Origin: Gemmatimonadota bacterium
GTDB lineage: Bacteria; Gemmatimonadota; Gemmatimonadetes; Palauibacterales; Palauibacteraceae
Assembly: GCA_039588275.1 (NCBI GenBank)
Contig: JBDHAC010000066.1
Location: 1 to 17,977 of the forward strand
DNA: 17,977 nucleotides
Reading direction: 5' to 3'
Shown: positions 8,036 through 16,109 of the stretch, one piece after another
Position numbering within the stretch: the stretch's first letter is position 1
Layout of the letters: every line of letters begins with the position of its first letter
Position numbers and translations under genes: made by a program
The notes under the pieces: model-generated
The model's input: only the letters and a program-made list of their open reading frames with translations
What the model was told of the DNA's origin: nothing
Database searches by the model: none

Positions 8036-8102
8036 GTGAGTTCCTCGCTGGTCTTCTGGCAGGCCGCCGCAGTCCTACGGCGACCCGCAAGTGTTTGATC
8101 GG

Positions 8103-8174
8103 TGGCGGCGGACGTGCTGCGCCAGTTTAGCGCGACGACGTACGGACGTCTGGTTGGCGGCGGACGTGCTGCGC
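8103..8174. repeat. Perfect 20-bp direct repeat (tggcggcggacgtgctgcgc) separated by 32 bp
   Basis: Identical copies at 8103-8122 and 8155-8174. The second copy abuts the aldolase stop codon. Confidence 0.9.
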
Positions 8175-9089
8175 TCAGCCGGCCGCGTGCTCCTGAGATG
8201 TGGGGAGGAGTCCACCCCGCTCCAGTACGGCTTCCAGCTCACGGCGCCCTTTGTCGCCGACCGGCAGGAGCGGGGGGCGGGGCTCTCCGCCGACGAGGCC
8301 GAGGCGATCCAGGGCCGCCTTCGTACCTGGAATCCCGAGCCCCACGACCACGCTCTTGTGAACCGGTCCGATGCGCTCCTGGATGCGGCCGGCGCGCGCG
8401 CTGTCGCCTTCCACCCACGCCGAGAACAGCTCGCACGCTTCGCCCGTGGCCATCAGCCCCACCGCCACGATCCCGCCCACGGCGCCCAGCTCCAGCGCAG
8501 GATAGAGCAGCGCGCCCGATCCCACCAGAACGACGGCGTTTCCTTCGCACGCTTCGGCCAGCCGGCCGAGGTTCTTCAGGTCGCCCGACGAGTCCTTGAT
8601 CCCCGCGATGTTCTCGTGCTGGACGAGCACCGCAACCAGCTCGGGCTCCAGGTGGACGGGGGCGAAGCGCGGGATGTTATACAGGATCACGGGTACGGGG
8701 GAAGCGTCGGCCACGGCCAGGAAGTGCTCGCGCAGCGCTTCGGGGCTCATCGCGGGCTGGTAGTACGCGGGGGGCCGAACCAGCACCGCCTCCGCACCTC
8801 TCGCGGCGCTCTCGGCGGTCAACGAGATCACCGCGGCTGTGGACTCCGCGCCGGTCCCCGCGATTACGTGGCGCCCACCTGCCAGCTCACGCGTCGTCTC
8901 GACGAGCCGAAGGTGCTCGTGCCGCTCCAGGAAGGGGGCTTCGCCCGTCGAGCCGGCCGCCACGATCCCGGCGATGGGATGGGCGAGCCACGCACGGAGG
9001 TTGGCCTCGTAGGATGGGATATCCACGCCCCCCGCTGACGCGAAGGGCGTGGTAACCGGAAGGTAGATGCCTTCTAGATTTAGCTTCAG
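8175..9089 (-). CDS. Dihydrodipicolinate synthase-family aldolase (4-hydroxy-2-oxoglutarate aldolase-like)
   Basis: GIYLPVTTPF, GSTGE, IAGTG, PPAYY, LYNIP (catalytic Tyr) and GIKDS (Schiff-base Lys). The conserved N-terminus lies upstream of the track's 9026 start, so I propose a CTG start at 9089. Confidence 0.9.
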   Translation of the reverse strand: MKLNLEGIYLPVTTPFASAGGVDIPSYEANLRAWLAHPIAGIVAAGSTGEAPFLERHEHLRLVETTRELAGGRHVIAGTGAESTAAVISLTAESAARGAEAVLVRPPAYYQPAMSPEALREHFLAVADASPVPVILYNIPRFAPVHLEPELVAVLVQHENIAGIKDSSGDLKNLGRLAEACEGNAVVLVGSGALLYPALELGAVGGIVAVGLMATGEACELFSAWVEGDSARAGRIQERIGPVHKSVVVGLGIPGTKAALDRLGLVGGEPRPPLLPVGDKGRRELEAVLERGGLLPTSQEHAAG

Positions 9090-10231
9090 TGGCTGTACGT
9101 GTCGCTGCCGGAGCCGATCGTGATCTCTTCCACGTCGGGCGCTTGCTCGGCATGGTGCTCTTTGAGCGTCTTCATGTGCAGCTCGAAGTCGCTCGGGCTG
9201 GAGGACATCGCGAGTCCCGTCTCGTAGGCGACCACGCCCTCCTCGACCAGATCCATCAGGTGCTGGTCGAACGTTTGCATCCCGTACTGCTCGCGCCCGT
9301 TCTGCATCAACTCGATGATCTCGTGCTTCGTTTCACCGCGCAAGATGCAGTCACGCACGGCCGGAGTGTTCCGCATCACCTCGATGGCCGGCACGCTCCC
9401 GCCCCCGTCCGCCGTGCGAACCAGGCGCTGCGAGATGATCGCGCGCAGCGTGTCCGCGACGCGAAACCGCACCAGTTCCTCGTGCTGGTCGGGGAACATG
9501 CCGAAGAGGTGCTTGAGAGCGCCCGTGGTGGTGGGCGCGTGCATCGTGGAGACCACGAGGTGACCCGTCTCGGCCGCCTCGACCGCGGTCTCCGTGGTGA
9601 TGAGGTCACGCATCTCACCGATCAGGATGATGTCGGGATCCTGACGAAGCGCCTGTCGCAGCCCGCGCTTGAACGACTCCGTGTCGCTCCCGACCTCGCG
9701 CTGGGTCACGGTGCTGAGGTGGTTGTCGTGCCAGTACTCGATCGGATCCTCGAGCGTGACGATGTGCTTCTTCCGGTTGTGGTTGATCCAGCTGATCATG
9801 GCCGCCTGCGTGGTGCTCTTCCCCACGCCGGTGGCGCCGGTCACGAGCACCATCCCGTGCGGCTCGTCCGCGATCTCGGCCAGGACCTGCGGCAGGTTCA
9901 GCTCCTCGAGCGTCGGCACCCGCCACGGGATCGTCCGCAGCACGACCCCGAAGTGGCCGCGCTCCTGGAGGATGTTAACCCGGAAGCGGGCCAGATCCTG
10001 GAGCTCGAATGCGAAGTCCAGGTCCCAGATCTCGTCGATGCGCCGCCGAAACGTTTCGTTGGGGAGCAGCGTCATGGCGATCTGGCGCGTCTCCTCGGGC
10101 GTGAACGGCGTCTCGGAAAGGGCGACCAGATCACCGTGGATGCGGGCCCTGAAGACGTCGCGCGCCTTGAAGTGGATCGACTGAGCGCCCCGGGCGACCG
10201 CGGCCCGGATGAGGCGTTCCATGAGCTCCAT
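9086..10231 (-). CDS. pilT: PilT/PilU-family type IV pilus retraction ATPase
   Basis: RFRVN, Walker A GATGVGKSTT, EDPIE, ALRQDPD, Walker B IILIGEMRD, His box GHLVVSTMH and GMQTFDQ. The start overlaps the upstream stop (TAATG). Confidence 0.9.
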   Translation of the reverse strand: MELMERLIRAAVARGAQSIHFKARDVFRARIHGDLVALSETPFTPEETRQIAMTLLPNETFRRRIDEIWDLDFAFELQDLARFRVNILQERGHFGVVLRTIPWRVPTLEELNLPQVLAEIADEPHGMVLVTGATGVGKSTTQAAMISWINHNRKKHIVTLEDPIEYWHDNHLSTVTQREVGSDTESFKRGLRQALRQDPDIILIGEMRDLITTETAVEAAETGHLVVSTMHAPTTTGALKHLFGMFPDQHEELVRFRVADTLRAIISQRLVRTADGGGSVPAIEVMRNTPAVRDCILRGETKHEIIELMQNGREQYGMQTFDQHLMDLVEEGVVAYETGLAMSSSPSDFELHMKTLKEHHAEQAPDVEEITIGSGSDTYSH

Positions 10232-11271
10232 TAGTACCCGCGCTCCTTGTCCACCTGGTTCTCGAGCTCCTCCCCGGCCAGGTAGCGGCGAATGTTGCGG
10301 ACGATGAGGTCCGTCTGTCGCTCCCAGAACCGTTCGGAGGTGCCGCTCACGTGCGGCGTCACCAGGACGTTCTCCAGCTCCCAGAACGGGTGATCCGCCG
10401 GAAGCGGCTCATGCCGGAAGACATCCAACCCTGCACCGCGCAATCGCCGTTCCGTGAGGGCCTCGAGGAGCGCCGTTTCGTCCACGATGGAGCCCCGGGA
10501 GAGGCTCAGAAGCACCGCGCCGGGTTGCATGAGCGCAAGTTCTTGTGCACCAATCAGTTGAGTCGTTTCGTGCGTCTCGGGTAAGGTGATGGCCACGAAA
10601 TCGGACTCGGAGAGCAGCTCAGCGAGGCCCTCGGGCCCATCCAGTCGTTTCACCTCGGGGGGTGGAGGCAAAGCGCCAAGGGTGCGTCGAATTGCCCGAA
10701 CCCGCATTCCGAGCGCGCTCGCCCGACGTCCCAGCGCGGACCCGATCCGCCCGTAGCCCACGATCCCCAGGACGCAACCGGGGAGCTCGTGGAGAGGGCT
10801 GTCCACCCCCGCGAGCCGCGCGTGCTCCCACCGCTTCTCGGGCCTCGCCGTGACCGCTACGTCCAGTCCGCGCGCGAAGTAGAGGATCATGGCGAGCGCA
10901 TGCTCGGCCATCGGGTCCGCGTAGACACCGCCCGAGTTGGTGAACAGCACGTCGCTGTGCCGCATCTCCTCGAACAGCGATGCGCGGACGCCTGCGGCGG
11001 CGGAGTGGACCCAGCGAAGACGGCGCCCGGCCAAGAACGGCTCACGCCGGATGCCGAACCCGCAGAAGACCTCCGCTTCGACGATTCGCTCGAGCAGCTC
11101 GGACGGCGGCGGCGGAGCCCCGTCGCCGCTCGCGCGCATGGGCTCGTCGATCGTGTGAACCGTCCACTCGTCCCCCAGCGCGGCGCGGATGCGATCCACG
11201 GACTCCGTCGGGATGGACCACTGCGGCACATCGGGCGCGTGCATCCAGATGAGGAATTGGCGCGGCGTCAT
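10231..11271 (-). CDS. D-isomer-specific 2-hydroxyacid dehydrogenase
   Basis: GIVGYGRIG Rossmann motif, LPETHET, SRG, GAGLDVFRHEPL and catalytic TPHVSG. Ends VDKERGY. Confidence 0.93.
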   Translation of the reverse strand: MTPRQFLIWMHAPDVPQWSIPTESVDRIRAALGDEWTVHTIDEPMRASGDGAPPPPSELLERIVEAEVFCGFGIRREPFLAGRRLRWVHSAAAGVRASLFEEMRHSDVLFTNSGGVYADPMAEHALAMILYFARGLDVAVTARPEKRWEHARLAGVDSPLHELPGCVLGIVGYGRIGSALGRRASALGMRVRAIRRTLGALPPPPEVKRLDGPEGLAELLSESDFVAITLPETHETTQLIGAQELALMQPGAVLLSLSRGSIVDETALLEALTERRLRGAGLDVFRHEPLPADHPFWELENVLVTPHVSGTSERFWERQTDLIVRNIRRYLAGEELENQVDKERGY

Positions 11272-11290
11272 GGCGGCGGGCAGACCGGGA

Positions 11291-11989
11291 TCAGTCGACC
11301 TTCGCGCTTCTCACGCGAGGCTCGGCGAACAGCCGCTCGAGCAGCTGATCGCGCGCGGCGCGCGTGCCGCTGACGCGATACCCGACCGTGAGCCTGTCGC
11401 CGTCTCGGTCCAGCAGCAGACGTGACGACTGGAACCCGAGCTCCGCTAGCGATTCCTCGACGAGCTCGGGCGCCACGTCGGGTCCCTCGAGCGTGACGCG
11501 CAGCGTATTGAGCGTACGGTCGGGGAAGAAGCGGCCCTCGATCCAGCCCAGGACGATGAGGGTGAGGACGACGAGGATGGCCGCGCCCACGGCGACCACG
11601 TAGGCGCGCAGACCGACGGTCATCCCGATCGCCGCCGCGACCCACATGGAGGCCGCGGTCGTTAGACCGACCACGTTCCCACGGTACACGAGGATCGTCC
11701 CCGCGCCGATGAAGCCGATCCCCGTGACGATCTGAGCCGCAATGCGGGCGGGGTCCGCCCGCACGAGATCGGTGAGCGTGAGACCGGCCGCGCGCACCGA
11801 AGCCTCCGTGAAGAGCTCGGCGCCGACACAGATGAGTATGATCGTGCGCAATCCGGCCGGTTTTCGAGAGCGCTCGCGTTCCAGGCCCACCGCGGCACCC
11901 AGAACGAGGGCCAGCAGCAGACGGCCCAGCACATCGATCTGCAACGAGGGCGGAAGCGCCTCGAACAGCTCTCTGATGCCCTGAATCAC
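11291..11989 (-). CDS. MgtC/SapB family membrane protein with C-terminal ACT-like domain
   Basis: GLERE, PAGLRT, DPARIAAQIVTGIGFIGAG and GLTTAASMW motifs. GTG start with a G-rich SD. Confidence 0.93.
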   Translation of the reverse strand: MIQGIRELFEALPPSLQIDVLGRLLLALVLGAAVGLERERSRKPAGLRTIILICVGAELFTEASVRAAGLTLTDLVRADPARIAAQIVTGIGFIGAGTILVYRGNVVGLTTAASMWVAAAIGMTVGLRAYVVAVGAAILVVLTLIVLGWIEGRFFPDRTLNTLRVTLEGPDVAPELVEESLAELGFQSSRLLLDRDGDRLTVGYRVSGTRAARDQLLERLFAEPRVRSAKVD

Positions 11990-12015
11990 GGACCCCTGCC
12001 CCTCCGCCTAGCTTC

Positions 12016-13035
12016 TCAGCCCCCGGTGACGCCCGCCGCAGTGGCCGTCGGGCGCTTGAGACCCATCCGTTCGCATACGTCGCCGATCGTCTCGCGTGCG
12101 ATCAACCGGCTCCTCCGGGCACCCTCGTTCAGGATCTCGTATACGTCTCCCGGCCTGGCGCGCAGCGCCTCGGCTCGCTCGCGAATCGGAGCGAGCGCCT
12201 CGGCGAGGTTGTGGGACAGCCAGCGCTTGCAGTCCACGCACCCGAGCGTCGCCGTCTGGCAACGGATCTCGATCTCCTCGCGCTCGGCGGGCTCCGAGAA
12301 GAAGCCGTGCAGCGCGAAGATGTTGCACACATGGGGGTTTCCAGGATCGTTCTTCCGCACGCGCGCCGGATCGGTGACGGCCGTCGCGACCGTCCGCTGC
12401 AGCTCATCGGGCGACGCGAGTATGGGGATGACGTTGTCGCGCGACTTGGACATCTTCGCGACGCCGTCGAGGCCTCGCACCCGGCGCCCCGGCCCGATCA
12501 GCGGCTGCGGCTCCGGGAAGTACTCCCCGAAACGCGCGTTCCAGCGGCGCGCGATCTCGCGCGTGAGCTCGAGGTGCTGCCGCTGGTCCTCGCCCACCGG
12601 CACGAGCCCCGCTCGATACAGCAGGATGTCGGCGGCCTGAAGCACCGGATAGTTGAGAAGTCCGGCGTTCACCGACTCGAGACCCTGGGACTTGTCCTTG
12701 AATTGGGTCATGCGCTGGAGATCCCCGAGCGGGGTCACCGTGTTGAACAGCCACGCGAGCTCGGTGTGCTCGGCCACATCGGATTGAACGAAGATCGTAC
12801 ACCGTTCCGGATCCAGCCCGCTCGCGATCAACGAGACCGCGAGCTCGAAGATCCTATCCGGCATCTCGTCGACCTCGTACGACATCGTGATCGCGTGCAG
12901 ATCCACGAGGCAGTAGATGCACTCGTACTCGTGCAACAACGAGACCCAGTTCTGGATCGCGCCCAGGTAGTTGCCCAGATGCGCCTCGCCGGTGGGCTGG
13001 ATGCCGCTGAAGACGCGCTTGCGCTGGCTCATCAT
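12016..13035 (-). CDS. trpS: Tryptophanyl-tRNA synthetase
   Basis: FSGIQPTG, HLGN (HIGH-like), YPVLQAADILLY, VPVGEDQ and KMSKS. Start set at ATG 13035 (or 13032); the track's longer start overlaps the divergent gene. Confidence 0.98.
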   Translation of the reverse strand: MMSQRKRVFSGIQPTGEAHLGNYLGAIQNWVSLLHEYECIYCLVDLHAITMSYEVDEMPDRIFELAVSLIASGLDPERCTIFVQSDVAEHTELAWLFNTVTPLGDLQRMTQFKDKSQGLESVNAGLLNYPVLQAADILLYRAGLVPVGEDQRQHLELTREIARRWNARFGEYFPEPQPLIGPGRRVRGLDGVAKMSKSRDNVIPILASPDELQRTVATAVTDPARVRKNDPGNPHVCNIFALHGFFSEPAEREEIEIRCQTATLGCVDCKRWLSHNLAEALAPIRERAEALRARPGDVYEILNEGARRSRLIARETIGDVCERMGLKRPTATAAGVTGG

Positions 13036-13130
13036 GCGCGTAGTATCGCCCCACGCGTGCGCCCGCGCGACCCCCGTCACGCGGGCCCCCTGTCCTCCCG
13101 CAGGATCGCCTCTTGGAGAGAACGCCGCGG

Positions 13131-14075
13131 ATGAATCTGGACGAACAACTGGTCGACGCCGCACTGGCCGCCGCTCGCGAGGCAGCGGCGCTTCACCGAA
13201 GCGAGGCGGGTCGTCTGGACCCATCCGGGTGGTCCGAGAAAGGGACCGCCGACTTCGTCACCGAGGTGGATCGCGAGGCGGAGCGGGGGATCATCAGGTC
13301 GCTGGCGGCACGATTCCCGGAGCATGTCTTTCTCGCCGAGGAAGGCACGCAAGTCGAGGAAGGCACGCATGCCGAGGCAGGCCCGAAGGCCGACGAGGGC
13401 CCCAAGGGCCACCTGGCGCCGATCCGCTGGATCATCGACCCGCTAGACGGGACGACGAACTGGCTCCACGACTACCCGGAGTATGCAGTCTCGATCGCGG
13501 CGTTCGACGACGAAGGGCTGCGCGTCGGGGTCGTGGTGAACTCGGCGACGGGTGATGAGTTCGACGCGGGTCGCGGCCGCGGCAGTCGCCGGAACGGGGA
13601 TCCCATCCACACCTCGGAGCTCCGCGATATCCGACTCGGCTTGATCGGCACCGGCTTTCCCTTCAAGCGTCGTGAGTTTCTGCCGCGCTACCTGCGCTCG
13701 CTCGGTGAGGTGCTGGCGCGTTCATCCGGCGTGCGTCGGGCGGGCGCCGCCGCGCTCGACCTGTGTGCCCTCGCGATGGGCCGACTGGACGCGTTCTGGG
13801 AGTTCTGGCTCATGCCGTGGGATGTGGCGGCGGGCGCGCTGATCCTGCAGGAAGCGGGTGGCGTCTTCGAATCGCTCCACATACCCGACGATCCACTCGT
13901 CCGCGCGGCCGGCGAGGAAGGCGCCCTCTTCGTGCGAGCCTGCTCGGGGGATGTCGGCGGGCTCTTCACGGGGAGCGGCGGACTCGGGGGTGGCGCCTTC
14001 ATCGCGGCGAACCCCTACCTGCTTCCGGACTTGCGCCAGATCCTCGGAGCGGAGCGCCCGAGGCCGGAGCGCTAA
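13131..14075 (+). CDS. Inositol monophosphatase family protein (SuhB-like)
   Basis: DFVTEVD, AEE, WIIDPLDGTTN, GTGFP, RRAGAAALDL and PWDVAAG motifs. ATG at 13131 with GGAGAG SD. Overlaps the convergent racemase end by 4 bp. Confidence 0.93.
   Translation: MNLDEQLVDAALAAAREAAALHRSEAGRLDPSGWSEKGTADFVTEVDREAERGIIRSLAARFPEHVFLAEEGTQVEEGTHAEAGPKADEGPKGHLAPIRWIIDPLDGTTNWLHDYPEYAVSIAAFDDEGLRVGVVVNSATGDEFDAGRGRGSRRNGDPIHTSELRDIRLGLIGTGFPFKRREFLPRYLRSLGEVLARSSGVRRAGAAALDLCALAMGRLDAFWEFWLMPWDVAAGALILQEAGGVFESLHIPDDPLVRAAGEEGALFVRACSGDVGGLFTGSGGLGGGAFIAANPYLLPDLRQILGAERPRPER
13335..13406 (+). repeat. Four degenerate 18-bp tandem units encoding AEEGTQ-VEEGTH-AEAGPK-ADEGPK
   Basis: gccgaggaaggcacgcaa / gtcgaggaaggcacgcat / gccgaggcaggcccgaag / gccgacgagggccccaag, all in frame. 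Confidence 0.8.
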
Positions 14076-14785
14076 GCCAGAGGCGGCTGCCCGGTGGCTT
14101 CGGTCACGAGGGCCAACGCGAGCGTCTGGAGCGGGTCCAGCCACCGCAGTCGGGGCAAGTGGCGCGCGAGGACCAGGGAGATCTCCGTGCAGCCCGCGAT
14201 CAGGGCGGAAGCCCCGCGCGCAGAGAGGTCTTCGACGGCGGGCGCCAGCCGCTCGGCGCACGCTTCCGACACGTCCCCGATCTTCACCTCGCCGATGACG
14301 CTCATCACGACCCTCTGGGCTTCGGGTCCCGGCTCGACCGCAGTCAGACCGTGCCGCTCCAGCGCCTCGCTGTACAGGCGTGTCGAGAGCGTGCCATCGG
14401 TAGCCAGAACGCCGATCGAGGCCCGCTCCCCGAAGAGCTCGCGCGCCTCCCTCGCCGCCTCATCCACCATGTCGAGCACGGGGATGGCCACGCTCGCGCG
14501 GATTTCGTCCAGGAAGGCGTGGGCGGTGTTGCAGGGCATGCCGATGAGCTCCGCGCCGGCTCGTTCCAGGTTGCGCGCGGTCTCGCACAGCGCGTCGCGG
14601 ACGGGTGTCGTGTCGCCGGACCGCAGCGCCTCGGTACGGTTCGGGACTTTGGGGTTGTTGTCGATCAGGATCCGGAGGTGGTCCTGCTCCCTGGCCACCG
14701 GGGTGGCGCGCACGATCCTGACGAACAGATCGATGGTGGACATGGGCCCCATTCCACCCAGGACCCCGACGACCTTCTGTGGCAT
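14072..14785 (-). CDS. PLP-independent Asp/Glu-family amino acid racemase (RacX/YgeA-like)
   Basis: GVLGGMGP, EQDH, PCNTAH, LATDGT and AGCTEI. Both catalytic cysteines are present. Confidence 0.93.
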   Translation of the reverse strand: MPQKVVGVLGGMGPMSTIDLFVRIVRATPVAREQDHLRILIDNNPKVPNRTEALRSGDTTPVRDALCETARNLERAGAELIGMPCNTAHAFLDEIRASVAIPVLDMVDEAAREARELFGERASIGVLATDGTLSTRLYSEALERHGLTAVEPGPEAQRVVMSVIGEVKIGDVSEACAERLAPAVEDLSARGASALIAGCTEISLVLARHLPRLRWLDPLQTLALALVTEATGQPPLA

Positions 14786-14826
14786 GGCTCAGGGACGCGC
14801 GGCGTGGCGTGGCCCGCCGGTGTGCG

Positions 14827-15705
14827 CTACTCGGAGCCTCCCTCCCCGCTCACCTGCTCGCGAGTCTCCTCCGCATCCCCTTCGGCTTCGATGTCGGCGA
14901 ACTCGGCCTCGGCGTCGGCGCTCGCGCCCTCGCCCGCCGCGTCTGCCGCCTCCTCGCCGACGATCTCCGCCTCCGGGATCTCCTCGTCCGGAGCCTCGAG
15001 AGCTTTCGTCTCTTCCTCTCCGGCGGGGAGCAGTCCCATCTCCTGCTTGAGGGCGAGGAGCTTCTCCTCCACCGCGACGTCCCCACCCGCCTCGAGCTGC
15101 CGGAATTCGTGCTGCAGGCTGTCGCCCGTCAGCTCCTCGGTGACCTCCGCGGTAGCCAAGGCGCGGCGCTCGGCGGTCTCGATCTTCTCCGCCATCTGGT
15201 CGAAGGCCCGAAAGGCGCTCTTGTCCGCCAGCCCGGCCATCGTGTCGTGGATGCGCTTCTGCGCCTCCGCCCGCTTCTGCTTCGCGATCAGGAGGTTCTT
15301 CTTGCGCTTCGCCTCCTCAATCTTCGAGTTGAGCTGACGCAGCGAGTCCTTCAGACGCTCCGTCTCGTGGCGGTGCTTCTGCCATTGCTCCTCGAGTCCC
15401 TGGGCGTGCTCGGCGTGCTCGCCGCCCCGCATCAGCGCCTGCTTCGCCAGATCGTCCCGGCCTTCGCGGATCGCGAGCCGTGCCCGTCGCTCCCATTCCG
15501 CGGCCTGTGATCGCTCTTCCTCGAACTGCGCGCGCAGCTTCCGTTCGTCGGCGATCGCGACCGCGACCTCCTGCTTCGCCTGGGCGAGCTGGCGCCGCAT
15601 ATCCTCGATGATCTGACCGAGCATTTTCTCGGGATTCTCGGCCCGAGCGATCAGATCGTTGATGTTGGAGCGAATCAGACGTGAAAGTCGTTCGAAGATG
15701 CCCAT
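14827..15705 (-). CDS. pspA: PspA/IM30 (bacterial ESCRT-III-like) family protein with acidic tail
   Basis: MGIFERLSRLIRSNINDLI amphipathic start, AENPEKML, GRDDLAKQAL, long coiled coils and the LLALKQEMG helix. Confidence 0.93.
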   Translation of the reverse strand: MGIFERLSRLIRSNINDLIARAENPEKMLGQIIEDMRRQLAQAKQEVAVAIADERKLRAQFEEERSQAAEWERRARLAIREGRDDLAKQALMRGGEHAEHAQGLEEQWQKHRHETERLKDSLRQLNSKIEEAKRKKNLLIAKQKRAEAQKRIHDTMAGLADKSAFRAFDQMAEKIETAERRALATAEVTEELTGDSLQHEFRQLEAGGDVAVEEKLLALKQEMGLLPAGEEETKALEAPDEEIPEAEIVGEEAADAAGEGASADAEAEFADIEAEGDAEETREQVSGEGGSE

Positions 15706-15716
15706 ATGTGGAGCCT

Positions 15717-16109
15717 TCAGTCGGTTGTGAGTTCCTGCCAGTGCGACACGACAGCTAGCGTCAGGCTCTCGAGCGACGCGCGGAACTCCGAGAACTGGAG
15801 GTTCTCCAGCTCCAGGGTGTCGCTCAGGATCACCTCGCCGTTCTCGATCCCATATGCACCGTGCACCAGGTCCGTGGCGTTCAGTTCCAGCAAGCGCGCG
15901 TAGAGACGCAGCCGCGGCTCGTCATCCTCGGGCACCTCACGGATCCCGGACCGAAACACCACGACGGGTGGCTCGTGCCGCACCACGACGCCGGGCTCTC
16001 CGCTCGGCTCCTCGGCCGACGGCTGGATCAGCCACAGCCCGGGTTCGATCTCGTCGAACTCCACTTCCGCACGGAGAAGGAAGCTCTCGATGTCTTCTCG
16101 ATTGACCAT
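15717..16109 (-). CDS. CesT/YbjN-like chaperone-fold protein (130 aa)
   Basis: Small acidic protein with LYARLLELNA-x-GAYGI and a C-terminal amphipathic helix (EFRASLESL), the CesT/YbjN pattern. The ATG at 16109 overlaps the upstream TGA (TGATG). Confidence 0.7.
   Translation of the reverse strand: MVNREDIESFLLRAEVEFDEIEPGLWLIQPSAEEPSGEPGVVVRHEPPVVVFRSGIREVPEDDEPRLRLYARLLELNATDLVHGAYGIENGEVILSDTLELENLQFSEFRASLESLTLAVVSHWQELTTD

Noticed and set aside
8103..8174. Mini CRISPR array
   Set aside because: Only two 20-bp units, not palindromic, with no AT-rich leader and no cas genes.
13036..13224. N-terminal extensions given by the ORF track for trpS (also rpsP 5186, ffh 6525 and the CesT-like gene 16382)
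   Set aside because: Family homology begins at the downstream ATGs, and the longer extensions overlap neighbouring genes.
414..15337. Many long antisense ORFs (e.g. 414-1295, 1746-2933, 3738-4994, 9089-10234, 13763-15337)
   Set aside because: They are shadows of well-supported genes, expected in GC-rich DNA, and have Arg/Pro/Ala-rich translations without domain motifs.
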